Of a stretch of 57,519 nt of DNA, positions 17,283 through 27,889 are shown piece by piece. The notes under the pieces are model-generated. The model searched no databases and was not told the origin of the DNA. It saw nothing but the letters and a program-made list of their open reading frames with translations. Within the stretch, counting starts at the first letter, position 1. Each line of letters starts with the position of its first letter. Source of the stretch: Minisyncoccia bacterium (GTDB lineage Bacteria; Patescibacteriota; Minisyncoccia; Phycocordibacterales; Phycocordibacteraceae); the NCBI GenBank assembly GCA_049305795.1, contig JBAQPM010000005.1, positions 1 through 57,519 on the forward strand, in the 5' to 3' direction. The position numbers and the translations under genes are program-made.

Positions 17283-19820
17283 TTAATAATCGTAAAAATG
17301 ATCTATGGTGATACTTCGAGCTGAAAGTTCTCTATATAGAGGAACAATATTTTTTACATCAATCAAGACAGTAATTCGATCATCGTATTGTGGAACACCC
17401 TTTAAAACAGAACTGATTTCTCGGTCTCTTACTAGTTCGGTAGCACGAGACGGAATTACTGCACCAGGGATGTCACGGTAGGTAAGGGCTATTTGTTGGT
17501 TGCCAGAAATATCAACGACTACAAACTTGTTATTTGTTTCCTCTTTTTTTATTTCTTCAAGCAAAACTCGTGTAAAGGGTTGATAGTGTGGCGCGCTGAT
17601 TAGTTCGTATGTTTCTCCGTCATCCCTTGTTACAACCGCATGTACCACGTCATCTTGAACACCAAACTTTGAATGGGTAGCGTACCCGATGATGGAGGAA
17701 TATATTGCCTTGATACCAAATTCGAGCGAGAGGATTACCTTTCTTTCAGCACGTCTAATATTTGAACCAAACGAATAGTCTTGATCATTTGAAATAGTCC
17801 ATACCCCTATAAAACTCTGGAAATAGGGGAAGTCGTACCAGGGGTGGTCATAGATGAAATCTGCATATTGTTTACCAACACGAGCGGCGTAGAAATCTTC
17901 GGGGACCGGCCTATCACCCGCAATCCATTCAGAAGCTCTGCCGATGCTGTTTTCATATATTCCTTTAATAAAGTTTTCCGCGCTAAAACTCCATCCAATA
18001 ACGTCAAGAACGGTTTGATAGTCCCTTGTGTCACTTGTGCTTGAAGCGGTAAATGTGAGCACATGCGCATATTGTTTCCAATACTCCTTATTCGCCGAAA
18101 AATAAGGAAAATGAGACGAGAGCGAATCGCGAAGTACTGCAGCGTACTCATCTGCGGCGTACACGATGTACCACTCTGGAATAGAAAGGTACGTATTGTC
18201 GACTTTTCTATAATAGTCCGCGGTAGTGCTCGCAACGACGAGTTCCTTTTGTTTTTCGGTATAGAAAGCAAGCTTGTCTTCACTATAATACTGACCCCAT
18301 AGATTATTGGTGAACTTATCTGTCGGATCGTACTTCTTTTTTATCTCGAAGTAGGTAGTAGCCTTAGGATACGCACGGTGGAATTGCTGATCGGTCGCAA
18401 GCGGCTGATACGGGAGATAATAGGTACCACCAACGGAAAGAACCTCATCTATCATTGTCCGTGTCCACAACGCTACGCTTTTTTTTGAAGCTTCGTCAGT
18501 TCCCTGTTTGTAATAGACGACGAAGGCAAAACTTTCCCTAGGAGCCCAAGCAAGGATTACTCCCGGATCCTGCTTGGCGTGTCGAATTGAAACGTTAAGA
18601 ACGTTAACATCGTAATCAGTAAAAACTCTCTTCATGCTAGGAACCCATTCGTCGAACCGTTCAACAGGAACAAAGTACTCCTGAAGTACATAAGTTGTAG
18701 TGGTACGGCTTTCAGGTTCCAGTTCCGCTATATCGTAGCTCGCTTCATAGTTTCGCGTGTGCACCGGATTTTCACCACGATAAATAAACGGATCAAAAAC
18801 ATGTTCTCGTATCCACCTCCCATTGGGCCATTCGCTCATTACCTTCCACGCCACCCTCTCAAGCCAATAATCTTTGCTTTTTGGAATAAGCCTATCTTTC
18901 GTCGTGGGTTCTTTATCGGTCGCACTCCAGCTCACCGCAGAAATATTTTCAAAATCTGGAGGATACATGTCACCATTATGAAAAATGACATCCGGATTTG
19001 AACGAACGTTCTTTATGAAAAAATCTGCGTACGTGTCGGTAGGAATCTTCACGCGAGAACGCTCTACGTTTATGTTTTCCGCAAGTTCAAGCGTAACATC
19101 GCTAATGACACCGATTCCACCAAGACCACCAATAGCACTATAGAAAATATCACTATGCTCCGTGGGAGAAGTGTTGACGATACTGCCGTCAGCAAGAACA
19201 ATTCGAAAATCTTTAACACTCATAACAATGGGACCTAACCCGACATATCGTCCATGCACATTCACGGATAAAGAACCTCCAACCGTAAAGTTGGAATAGG
19301 TTTGCATTATTTTCACCGAGAGATTGTATGGATCAATGTATTTTTGGATTTCATACCAACGAATACCTGCTTGAACCGTAATCTCCTTCGTCGTGGTCGA
19401 AAAATCAATAATCTTGTTGTACTCACGCATGTCAATCTGTACCGCCCGATCACTCGCGGTTTGTCCGCCCATGCTATTACGTCCTCCACCAATAGAAATA
19501 TGATTATTCTTTTTTACTGCTTCGACAATATCTTCAATACGGTGAGGCGTAACGATATTGATGACTTGTATGGGATAGAGCTCTGTCACATCGGTGACAA
19601 TTTTTTGTTCGGTATTTTTATGTTCCCTATCAAGCTTTCTGGGAATTGGATCGCTATACGTGCTCGTCACAACCCAGACAACAATAAGAAGCCCGAGAAG
19701 AATTACAAGCCCAAAAACGCTGAATAAGCGCCTAGGAGTAAGAAACGTTCGGAGATTTCGCAGAAACTTCATGAGTAGATTCGGCAAGGATAATATGCTT
19801 AACCGAAACATATAGGGCAA
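17283..19820 (-). CDS. Membrane-anchored FAD-binding (PCMH/FAD_binding_4) oxidoreductase with a ~330-aa uncharacterised C-terminal extension
   Basis: TM helix (LFSVFGLVILLGLLIVVWVV) and an FAD-binding block (ISIGGGRNSMGGQTA, GGLGGIGVI). An oxidase-like C-terminal segment (YYLPYQPLATDQQF...YDPTDKFTNNLW) is followed by ~330 aa with no motif I recognise. The start is ambiguous (19820, 19811 or 19772). Confidence 0.75.
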   Translation of the reverse strand: MPYMFRLSILSLPNLLMKFLRNLRTFLTPRRLFSVFGLVILLGLLIVVWVVTSTYSDPIPRKLDREHKNTEQKIVTDVTELYPIQVINIVTPHRIEDIVEAVKKNNHISIGGGRNSMGGQTASDRAVQIDMREYNKIIDFSTTTKEITVQAGIRWYEIQKYIDPYNLSVKIMQTYSNFTVGGSLSVNVHGRYVGLGPIVMSVKDFRIVLADGSIVNTSPTEHSDIFYSAIGGLGGIGVISDVTLELAENINVERSRVKIPTDTYADFFIKNVRSNPDVIFHNGDMYPPDFENISAVSWSATDKEPTTKDRLIPKSKDYWLERVAWKVMSEWPNGRWIREHVFDPFIYRGENPVHTRNYEASYDIAELEPESRTTTTYVLQEYFVPVERFDEWVPSMKRVFTDYDVNVLNVSIRHAKQDPGVILAWAPRESFAFVVYYKQGTDEASKKSVALWTRTMIDEVLSVGGTYYLPYQPLATDQQFHRAYPKATTYFEIKKKYDPTDKFTNNLWGQYYSEDKLAFYTEKQKELVVASTTADYYRKVDNTYLSIPEWYIVYAADEYAAVLRDSLSSHFPYFSANKEYWKQYAHVLTFTASSTSDTRDYQTVLDVIGWSFSAENFIKGIYENSIGRASEWIAGDRPVPEDFYAARVGKQYADFIYDHPWYDFPYFQSFIGVWTISNDQDYSFGSNIRRAERKVILSLEFGIKAIYSSIIGYATHSKFGVQDDVVHAVVTRDDGETYELISAPHYQPFTRVLLEEIKKEETNNKFVVVDISGNQQIALTYRDIPGAVIPSRATELVRDREISSVLKGVPQYDDRITVLIDVKNIVPLYRELSARSITIDHFYDY

Positions 19821-20202
19821 ATGCCACTAATATCGTGATACCAATATGTGGGCCATTGAGTAAAAAATTATCAACGATTCCCTGTCCGGTGAAAAATCCA
19901 TAGACAATGAAAAAGAGAGCATCGAGAACATAGTAGCCTCCGATTACCATGAGGTACTTCACAGTCCATCGATACCCTGCAAGAAGGGCGAGGACACCAA
20001 AAAGACCTGACAGTCCGTGGGTAATATCGTCAACGAGGGAGATTTTAAAAACACCAAACATAAGCCACTCGTAAGGAGTTTCCGTTGTAACAAGAACTCC
20101 AGGAAGTCGTTCTATCAAAACAATACCGACGAAAAGTAATGTGAGGAACAGCGCAACGTATTTGACCACCTTTCGTGAATTGATATATTTTTCCACAGGC
20201 AT
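19732..20202 (-). CDS. Small polytopic membrane protein (DUF4383-like, tentative)
   Basis: Four predicted TM helices. Its 3' end overlaps the downstream oxidoreductase ORF by at least 41 nt. Confidence 0.55.
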   Translation of the reverse strand: MPVEKYINSRKVVKYVALFLTLLFVGIVLIERLPGVLVTTETPYEWLMFGVFKISLVDDITHGLSGLFGVLALLAGYRWTVKYLMVIGGYYVLDALFFIVYGFFTGQGIVDNFLLNGPHIGITILVAFALYVSVKHIILAESTHEVSAKSPNVSYS

Positions 20203-20214
20203 ATTGCGAGTATA

Positions 20215-21198
20215 TCATTCGTCTAGTGCTTTCCGTAGAGCAACATCAAATTGTTCATAATCCTCTATCATCGGAATATGACCGACCTCCTTCAGCGTAT
20301 ATAGCTTCGAGTCTGGTACCGAAGAAAGAAGAATCTGGGTAAGAGCAATCGGCGTTAAGACGTCTTCCTCTCCCCAAATAATTCGCACTGGTATATCGAG
20401 TGACGTATAATTTTTACTTTCATTACTTACGTAATTCTGCGGATCGTTTACATAATCCTTAACCCAGGAAGACAGTTTCTGGGTAGTTCCCTTTACACTA
20501 AGTGGATTTGTATAAATACGTACCATCTCTGAATCAATATATTGAGTAACGTACACAAAGCTTTTTAGACGATTAGCCACGACCAAATCAATGTGTATTC
20601 CCAATCCCGCTGCAATGTTTCTTAGAGAATCAAACTGAATTAATCCCTTTCCCGTAGATATTTTCTTTTCGTCTATGTTAAGCACTCCATCTATGACAAT
20701 GAATTTACTGATTACGTTTTTATCATCTTGCAAAACAGCCTCGGCAGCAGGACCAGCTCCGTATGAATGAGCTACGAGTATCACATGCTCGAGACTTTTT
20801 TCCTCTTCCTTTTTAAATTCTATAAATTTTTCTATCCTTTTTGCTTGCGTATTTCTGAAAAAGTTTCCATCTTCTTTGACCGTACTGTAGCCAAATGGCG
20901 GTAAATCAATAGCTATATAGTTATATTCAACATCTTTACTCAGTACCTCAAGTGTCCTTTGCCACGTGCCGTGCCAAGCTAATAAACCGCCAATGAATAT
21001 GATGGTGGTTGATGCATTATTATCTATTTCGCTATAGGCAATATTTTCACCATCAATTTTCTCAAATCGAGTCCCCAGAGGAGCATCTTTCATAGGATCA
21101 AGAGACTCTGCTATGCGGGTGTTATAGAGATACCATCCGACAATTAAAATAATGAACAGGAGCAGGACACCTAAGACTATTTTCAATATTCTTTTCAT
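20215..21198 (-). CDS. Membrane-anchored alpha/beta-fold hydrolase
   Basis: N-terminal TM helix, nucleophile elbow VAHSYGAG, and a C-terminal His region (VGHIPMIE). Confidence 0.8.
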   Translation of the reverse strand: MKRILKIVLGVLLLFIILIVGWYLYNTRIAESLDPMKDAPLGTRFEKIDGENIAYSEIDNNASTTIIFIGGLLAWHGTWQRTLEVLSKDVEYNYIAIDLPPFGYSTVKEDGNFFRNTQAKRIEKFIEFKKEEEKSLEHVILVAHSYGAGPAAEAVLQDDKNVISKFIVIDGVLNIDEKKISTGKGLIQFDSLRNIAAGLGIHIDLVVANRLKSFVYVTQYIDSEMVRIYTNPLSVKGTTQKLSSWVKDYVNDPQNYVSNESKNYTSLDIPVRIIWGEEDVLTPIALTQILLSSVPDSKLYTLKEVGHIPMIEDYEQFDVALRKALDE

Positions 21199-21336
21199 GC
21201 TGAAAGTGTAGCAGAGTCTTAGTATCTTTTTTTATACTATTTCGCTTCTTGCTACTGGCAATTCAAAAGCTTTGTATTTGACATTAGAAATACTTTCAGG
21301 CCTAATGAATTCAGGCAAGAAGAGGAGTTCTTAGAA

Positions 21337-22146
21337 ATGTTACCGATAGACCTTGTCTTGGTCCGTCACGGACAATCCGAAGGAAATGCCGCAAAACGAC
21401 TTTCGGAGGCAGGTGACCACAGCGCTTTCACCGACGCGTTTCGAGGACGGCACACAGCAAGTTACCGCCTTACCGAAAAAGGACGGGAGCAGGCAGCGAA
21501 AACGGGTGCATTCGTTCTGTCCGAATTTCTCAAGAACGGCGTCGGATTCGACCGTTACATCGTCTCGGAATACATCCGCGCTATGGAGACAGCCGCACTT
21601 CTCGATTTACCTAATGCGCTCTGGTTCACCGATTCTTATCTAACCGAACGTGATTGGGGTGACCTTGACGGTTGCCCGGAAAACGAACGGGAAGAAAAAT
21701 TCGGTGCTGCATTGCGACGACAAGAAACCGAGCCATTTTTCTGGAGACCACCAAACGGCGAATCGTTCCTCCAACTCTCCCAACGAGTTGATCGAGTGCT
21801 GGACACTCTTCACCGCGAGTGCAGTGAGAAACGCGTACTTATCGTCTGTCACGGTGAAGTGATGCGAGCGTTTCGGGTGCGGCTCGAACGGATGTCCCAG
21901 GAACGCTTTAAGGAAGCGGTCTTTTCTAACAAAAGTGAAGACCGAATCCATAACCTGGAGATTCTGCACTACTCCAGGAAAAATCCAGAAAGCGGCATGG
22001 ATGCAGAGTATATGGGTTGGCTCCGAAGAATCCGTCCCACTGACGATCCAATCTGGGACAGTGGCTGGCAGAAAATTATTCGGCCGCGGTATTCGAATGA
22101 AGCCTTACTTGAGGTCGTTTCGCGTGTTCCTCCTATGGTCGCGTGA
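21337..22146 (+). CDS. Histidine phosphatase superfamily (phosphoglycerate-mutase-like) protein
   Basis: RHG motif (LVRHGQSEGN) and a second catalytic His (VCHGEVMR). SD GAGGAG lies upstream. Confidence 0.82.
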   Translation: MLPIDLVLVRHGQSEGNAAKRLSEAGDHSAFTDAFRGRHTASYRLTEKGREQAAKTGAFVLSEFLKNGVGFDRYIVSEYIRAMETAALLDLPNALWFTDSYLTERDWGDLDGCPENEREEKFGAALRRQETEPFFWRPPNGESFLQLSQRVDRVLDTLHRECSEKRVLIVCHGEVMRAFRVRLERMSQERFKEAVFSNKSEDRIHNLEILHYSRKNPESGMDAEYMGWLRRIRPTDDPIWDSGWQKIIRPRYSNEALLEVVSRVPPMVA

Positions 22147-22163
22147 AGAACCTCACAAACAGT

Positions 22164-22195
22164 ACCCCGGCACCACAGTGCCGGGGTCTTCTTTA
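22164..22195. terminator. Terminator hairpin between convergent genes
   Basis: 10-bp perfect stem accccggcac (22164-22173) / gtgccggggt (22178-22187), followed by cttctttat. Confidence 0.7.
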
Positions 22196-22202
22196 TGGAA
22201 CA

Positions 22203-24896
22203 CTACACAAAAGCAACTTTTCGAGCCGCGAGGCTTCTTCGATAGAAGAATTTACGTATTTCTTCGACAAAAACAATCGACGCTGCCACGGGAATAATGA
22301 GCAGCCATTCGGAAAGAGTAAGCGGCACAGTGTGGAGTATTTTTTGAAGGAGCGGATTATAGACTGCCAATATCTGGAAAAGCACGACGAGGGTTGTTGC
22401 TCCGATCAAGAATTTATTGGAAAAGAAATTCATCTGGAATATCGATTTGCTTTCCGATCGACAATTCCAAGCATTGAACCATTGGAAAACGGCGAGCGTA
22501 GTAAGAGAAATGGTCCATGCTTTTTCAAGATCATTTTCTACATATCCCTGGAACAGAAAGAGCGTTCCTACCATCATGGGAAGAGCCATACAGGCCATGC
22601 GCCACAGCATGAGCGTATCGACAAGATACTTTTTTGGATGCTCGAACTTTCCTGAAAGAAGTCCCTCCTCTTTTGGCTCCATGGCAAGGGACACATCAAG
22701 GAAACCGTCCGTAACAAAATTAAGCCAGATGATTTGTGCAGCAAGAATCGGCAAGGGGTATCCGAGCAAAAGTGCGGCAGTGATCACGGACACTTCACCC
22801 AGGCTGGTTGAGAAAAGGTAAAGAATGACTTTCTTTATCGTTTTGTAGATACTGCGGCCCTCTTCGACCGCCGAAACAATGCTGCCGAAATTATCGTCGA
22901 GCAATATGATGTCTGCCGCCTCTTTTGCCACTTCGGTACCAATCTTTCCCATCGCAACGCCAAGATCCGCCGCCACGAGTGGCGGCGCATCATTCACCCC
23001 GTCGCCAGTCATTGCAACAATTTCTCCGCGTTTTTTATACGCGTAAATAATGCGCAATTTGTGCTCGGGCGTTACGCGCGCAAAAACAGAAACCTTCGCA
23101 AGTTTTTGCGCGAGTTCGGCATCTGACATGTCATCCATCTGCGCGCCCGTGAGCACCCCGTCACCTTCTTTCCAAATACCCGCCTCTTTTGCAATAGCTG
23201 TGGCAGTGAGCTGGTGATCGCCCGTAATCATCACCACCTTGATGCCGGCAGCAGTTGCCCTTTCCATTGCTTCTGCCACTTCTGGGCGCAAAACATCCTG
23301 CATGCCCGAGAATCCAACAAAAGTCAGGCCCTGCACCTGTTCGGGCGCAAGAGATGTTGCCACGTGCGGGCGCATTGCCCCCGCCACAACGCGCAGCCCA
23401 CGTTCAGACATGCGCGCGAGAACTGCTTCAAGTTCTTCGATGTCTTTTTTCGTAAGGGGATGATTTTTCCCATCGCGCCGTATTTCAGTGCAAAGAGTGA
23501 GCACTACCTCCGGCGCACCTTCAACGACTAGAAGATTCTTGCCTGCTACTGCGTGTACGGTCGCATGATATTTGAGACGGTAGTCAAAAGGAATTTCAGA
23601 CACGAAAGGCGACTCGCGGACTAAATCATCTTTACTAAAACCAATCTTCTCTCCAAATACGCGTAGTGCCGCTTCAGTTGGGTCGCCCGCCACGCGCCAG
23701 CGGTTTTCATTTTCCGAAAAAGAGATTCGAGCGTTGGCGCAAAATGCCGCCATTTTAGCGGCCAAAAGAAGCTCAGGATGATTAGCGGCATCGACGACAG
23801 CACCGTTCAATTCCACAGCTCCTTTTGGTTCGTACCCAATGCCGCTGATAGCAAAGGTCTTTCCTTCGGTAAACACTTCACGAATCACAAGCTCGTTTTT
23901 TGTGATGGTACCTGTTTTATCAACTGCAATAACGCGCGCTTGCCCCAAAGCCTCCACAGCCTGTAATTTTTTCACAAGGGCATTGCGCTTTGACATACGC
24001 CACACACCGGTAGCAAGCACAAGCGTGATAACTATGGGAAGGCCTTCAGGAATGATTGAAACCGAAAGCGAAACAACCGTGATGAAAATAGTCGTTAAAT
24101 CCTCGCCACGCAAAAGACCGAGCACAAAAAGAGCAGCACTTATGATTCCCACGACGACAATGATGGCGCGAGAAAGGTACCGAATATTTGTTTTAAGCGG
24201 TATCTCCGAATCAATCGTTGATATTTCTTTCGCTATGTTGCCGATAGCGGTGTTTGAACCAATCGCCACCACGACTGCCTTGCCATTACCTGCAACAACA
24301 TTGGTGCCCTTGAAAAGCATGTTGCGCTGGTCGGGAGCAGAAATATTCTCCACATCTATAGACTCGATTATTTTATTGACTGGCTCGGATTCGCCCGTAA
24401 GAGAGGCCTCGTCTATTCGAAGGCCACTTGAAGCAATGACGCGTGCATCAGCCGGAACTTTCTCCCCCTCCTGCAAAATGAGAATGTCGCCACGCACCAC
24501 ATTTTGGTCAGGAATAACCATCTCTTTCCCATCCCTTATAACGGTCGCCGTTGTTTCTACGTATTTTTTGAGCGCACGCAAAGTGTTCTGTGCTCTGCCT
24601 TCCTGGAAGGCACCCACAATTGCGTTGAACAGAAGCACGGCAAGAATGATCGCTGCGTCAACAAACTCACCTATGAAAAATATAATGGCACTTGCTGCAA
24701 GGAGCGTATAGATAAGCGGACTTTGAAACTGCCGAAGGAAAATAAGCAATATCCCGTCGGCTTTTGCTTCTGGCAAAACATTGGGGCCATCTTCTTCTAA
24801 TCGCGAAGCAGCTTCGGTGACACCTAATCCACCCTCACTGGTACGGAGAGTTTCAAAAATAGCCGGTATTTTCTTGGTATGCCAGAAGATAGTCAC
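22203..24896 (-). CDS. P2-type cation-transporting P-type ATPase (Ca2+/SERCA-PMCA-like)
   Basis: TGES, PEGLP (IPEGLPIV), phosphorylation site DKTGTITKN and hinge TGDGVNDAP; 897 aa with ~10 TM helices. Confidence 0.92.
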   Translation of the reverse strand: MTIFWHTKKIPAIFETLRTSEGGLGVTEAASRLEEDGPNVLPEAKADGILLIFLRQFQSPLIYTLLAASAIIFFIGEFVDAAIILAVLLFNAIVGAFQEGRAQNTLRALKKYVETTATVIRDGKEMVIPDQNVVRGDILILQEGEKVPADARVIASSGLRIDEASLTGESEPVNKIIESIDVENISAPDQRNMLFKGTNVVAGNGKAVVVAIGSNTAIGNIAKEISTIDSEIPLKTNIRYLSRAIIVVVGIISAALFVLGLLRGEDLTTIFITVVSLSVSIIPEGLPIVITLVLATGVWRMSKRNALVKKLQAVEALGQARVIAVDKTGTITKNELVIREVFTEGKTFAISGIGYEPKGAVELNGAVVDAANHPELLLAAKMAAFCANARISFSENENRWRVAGDPTEAALRVFGEKIGFSKDDLVRESPFVSEIPFDYRLKYHATVHAVAGKNLLVVEGAPEVVLTLCTEIRRDGKNHPLTKKDIEELEAVLARMSERGLRVVAGAMRPHVATSLAPEQVQGLTFVGFSGMQDVLRPEVAEAMERATAAGIKVVMITGDHQLTATAIAKEAGIWKEGDGVLTGAQMDDMSDAELAQKLAKVSVFARVTPEHKLRIIYAYKKRGEIVAMTGDGVNDAPPLVAADLGVAMGKIGTEVAKEAADIILLDDNFGSIVSAVEEGRSIYKTIKKVILYLFSTSLGEVSVITAALLLGYPLPILAAQIIWLNFVTDGFLDVSLAMEPKEEGLLSGKFEHPKKYLVDTLMLWRMACMALPMMVGTLFLFQGYVENDLEKAWTISLTTLAVFQWFNAWNCRSESKSIFQMNFFSNKFLIGATTLVVLFQILAVYNPLLQKILHTVPLTLSEWLLIIPVAASIVFVEEIRKFFYRRSLAARKVAFV

Positions 24897-24921
24897 AGTA
24901 TTGCCATTCTAATACAGAAGT

Positions 24922-25374
24922 TCATCTCACTTCTTTTAATGCGCGTTTAGCGTAATGCACAATGTCTTTACGTATACCTTCCAAAGTTTCGATTTCATTC
25001 TCGGCGCACCATCTCCATTCATCTAATTCTTTTTCAGGAATAACTTGATCGGTATTCGCTTTTGCAAAATAAATCATGCTTATATGCTCATGTGTATCTG
25101 AAATATTGTGACGGTTGAGCGAAATGGGAGCGATCAGTTCCACAAATCCTTTTTCTTCGTGCGTAAAACCACGAGTATCAAATAAGGTGACATCTAAACC
25201 AACCTCTTCTTTCACCTCTCGAAGTGCCGCTTCGTTTGGATCTTCATCAAGTTCAATGTGACCGCCCACTGAAAGCCAGATACCATATTTATCGTGTTTT
25301 CGTAGCAATACTTTATCGTTGTAGACCACAAAAACTTCAACGGCAAAATCTATCTTTTCGTGGATGTGGGGCAT
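24922..25374 (-). CDS. NUDIX hydrolase
   Basis: Nudix box GGHIELDEDPNEAALREVKEEVGL. Confidence 0.88.
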   Translation of the reverse strand: MPHIHEKIDFAVEVFVVYNDKVLLRKHDKYGIWLSVGGHIELDEDPNEAALREVKEEVGLDVTLFDTRGFTHEEKGFVELIAPISLNRHNISDTHEHISMIYFAKANTDQVIPEKELDEWRWCAENEIETLEGIRKDIVHYAKRALKEVR

Positions 25375-25432
25375 GGGTTAATTTTACTACATGACCCAGG
25401 CGTCAAATGCCGTATAATCACCTGAAACACCC

Positions 25433-25900
25433 ATGACCGAAATTACATTCCCCTATCGCCGCCAAGAAACGGACTTTTACTGCGCCCCAGCTTCGGTGCA
25501 GATGATTCTTGCTCGTGAGGGAGTGGAAATCCCACAGGCTACTCTGGCCCAGATGCTCGGCACCAATGAAACAGTTGGAACAACTATTAACGCTATCGAA
25601 TCCCTGCTTGTGTCACGCGGATTCAAGGTAATGCGAAAAAACAACGCCACGATACCGGATATTGAAGAGGCGCTTACAAATAATGCAGCAGTCATGGTTG
25701 GCTATGTCGAACCCACAGAAAACGTTCCTCATTACGCACTTATTTCCTCCGTCGATATGACTGATATTTTTCTTACCGACCCATGGCACGGTCCAGACTA
25801 TCGTATTCCTCGAAACACCTTTTTGGAACTATGGAAAGACGACGAAGCCAATGCCTATGGCAATCGCATGATGCTTGCCGTGTTTTCTTCGAAAAAATAG
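25433..25900 (+). CDS. Stand-alone peptidase C39-like (papain-fold) domain protein
   Basis: Cys in DFYCAPASVQMIL and His in VPHYALIS. It has no ABC-transporter fusion and no signal peptide. Confidence 0.65.
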   Translation: MTEITFPYRRQETDFYCAPASVQMILAREGVEIPQATLAQMLGTNETVGTTINAIESLLVSRGFKVMRKNNATIPDIEEALTNNAAVMVGYVEPTENVPHYALISSVDMTDIFLTDPWHGPDYRIPRNTFLELWKDDEANAYGNRMMLAVFSSKK

Positions 25901-25901
25901 T

Positions 25902-26396
25902 CTACGCAGCCAAAATAGTTTTCAGTTCAAAGAGTATCGTATTGAAATCTTTTTCCGATACGTCGATACGCACGTCGGCATATCTTTCATAAAGGGGTTG
26001 TCGCTCGACATAGAGCTCTTCAAAACTGCGATTACGTAACCCCACAATACCGCGCGCACTTGGGTCAGTCCGTTCTTTGATCCATTCAGACGGCGCCGAA
26101 AGATAAATTATTTTGGATATACTTTTTAGCATGTCCATTGCTTTGGGAGAATAAATAACGCTCCCGCCGGGAGCGAAAATGGTTCTATTTATATTTGTAA
26201 GATTCAACACTTCCCTTTCTTCCTCGAGGATAAATTTCGTATCTCCAAATTCGTCCAGTATCTCTTGAAGCGATTTTCCAAATCGTTTTTCCATTCGAAC
26301 ATCAATATCTATACATTCATACCCAAGCGCACTTGCAAGCTGCTTGCCGATGAAACTTTTACCAACTCCTGACATGCCAATAAGAGAAATATTCAT
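25902..26396 (-). CDS. aroK: Shikimate kinase-like P-loop kinase
   Basis: LIGMSGVGKSFIGKQLA P-loop, IDID, and a lid/ESB-like layout typical of AroK (164 aa). TATACT lies 6 nt upstream of the ATG. Confidence 0.75.
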   Translation of the reverse strand: MNISLIGMSGVGKSFIGKQLASALGYECIDIDVRMEKRFGKSLQEILDEFGDTKFILEEEREVLNLTNINRTIFAPGGSVIYSPKAMDMLKSISKIIYLSAPSEWIKERTDPSARGIVGLRNRSFEELYVERQPLYERYADVRIDVSEKDFNTILFELKTILAA

Positions 26397-26451
26397 TGAC
26401 TAAGTATATCGTGGCGACTTAGCGTAACTTTTGGCATAATGCAAAAGACGT

Positions 26452-27867
26452 ATGACAGGCACTGATAAAAGCCGCTGGCTCGCACTCATAGTGCTGTGTC
26501 TTGGTGACCTCATGATCGTCCTTGATACGACAATTGTGAATGTCGCGCTGCCTTCCATTAGAGCCGACCTTGGTTTTACGGAAGCATCTCTTGCGTGGGT
26601 CGTAAATGCATACCTTCTCACGTTTGGAGGCTTTCTTCTTCTTGGCGGCAGACTTGGCGACATTTTCGGGCATCGTCGCATATTCCTTGTTGGCATTGTT
26701 CTTTTCACCATGGCATCTATTGGCTGCGGCCTCGCGCACACGAAAGAGCTTCTTATTCTTGCACGCGCCATTCAAGGCATTGGGGGTGCCATCGTTTCAG
26801 CGGTTGCTCTTTCTTTGATGATGACGCTCTTTACGGAAGCAAAAGAACGCGCGAAGGCGATGGGTGTTTTTGGTTTTGTTGCTGCGGGCGGCGGCTCAAT
26901 TGGTGTCCTTCTTGGCGGGCTGCTCACCAGCACGCTTGATTGGCATTCGATTTTTCTCGTAAACATACCTATCGGAATCCTTGTCTACATCCTGTCGCTC
27001 AAGCTCATTCCGAAAGATCAGGAGGCTGCACGCACGCAGGGACTTGATATTGCCGGCGCACTGACCATAACCACTTCGCTCATGCTGATGGTGTATGCAA
27101 TCGTACATGGAAATGAAGCTGGATGGACATCTCTAGAAACACTTGGCTTCCTTGGTATTGCGTTTGGTCTTCTTGCTTTATTTATTGGTATTGAAATGCG
27201 AGTTCGCTCTCCCCTTATGCCGCTTCATTTGTTCCGACTTCGAAATGTCGTAACCGCAAACATCGTCGGCGTTCTCTGGGCAGCTGCTATGTTCGCATGG
27301 TTTTTCCTTTCAGCGCTCTATCTTCAATTGGTATTGGGATACACACCGTTTCAAGTGGGTCTTGCCTTTCTTCCAGCAAACATCATCATGGGTATTTTTT
27401 CATTCAGCCTCTCGGCGAAAATAGTGAATCGTTTTGGTATCAAGCGCCCGCTTGCATTCGGCCTTTCGCTTGCAGGACTCGGACTCCTCTTATTTGCCTT
27501 CGCTCCGGTGGATGGAAGCTTTCTCCTGAATGTTCTTCCCAGCATGATTCTGCTTGGCATCGGAGCCGGTATCGCATTCAACCCCATGCTGCTCGCTGCC
27601 ATGAGTGACGTTACCCCCGAAGAATCAGGACTTGCTTCTGGCGTCGTGAATACGTCGTTTATGATGGGTGGAGCACTTGGCCTTGCGATACTTGCAAGTC
27701 TTGCAGCTTTTCACACCAGCATCCTCACCGCTTCTGGCACAGAACATCTTTCAGCATTAAACAGCGGTTATCACTTGGCATTTTTCGTCGGAGCCTTGTT
27801 TGCGTTCTCTGCTGTGCTCATAGGAACCCTTTTCCTTCGCGTATCAAATGAATCATCAACACACTAG
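26452..27867 (+). CDS. MFS transporter, DHA2 (EmrB/QacA, 14-TMS) family
   Basis: ~14 TM helices, MFS motif A (GGRLGDIFGHRR) and N-terminus LCLGDLMIVLDTTIVNVALPSI, typical of DHA2. Confidence 0.88.
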   Translation: MTGTDKSRWLALIVLCLGDLMIVLDTTIVNVALPSIRADLGFTEASLAWVVNAYLLTFGGFLLLGGRLGDIFGHRRIFLVGIVLFTMASIGCGLAHTKELLILARAIQGIGGAIVSAVALSLMMTLFTEAKERAKAMGVFGFVAAGGGSIGVLLGGLLTSTLDWHSIFLVNIPIGILVYILSLKLIPKDQEAARTQGLDIAGALTITTSLMLMVYAIVHGNEAGWTSLETLGFLGIAFGLLALFIGIEMRVRSPLMPLHLFRLRNVVTANIVGVLWAAAMFAWFFLSALYLQLVLGYTPFQVGLAFLPANIIMGIFSFSLSAKIVNRFGIKRPLAFGLSLAGLGLLLFAFAPVDGSFLLNVLPSMILLGIGAGIAFNPMLLAAMSDVTPEESGLASGVVNTSFMMGGALGLAILASLAAFHTSILTASGTEHLSALNSGYHLAFFVGALFAFSAVLIGTLFLRVSNESSTH

Positions 27868-27889
27868 ACGCTGTTGCTATAGTAGCTAA

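Noticed and set aside
23839-24711. 290-aa plus-strand ORF inside the P-type ATPase gene
   Set aside because: It is an antisense shadow ORF with Ser/Thr/Ala/Pro-biased composition typical of reverse-frame translation. The ATPase frame carries all the signature motifs.
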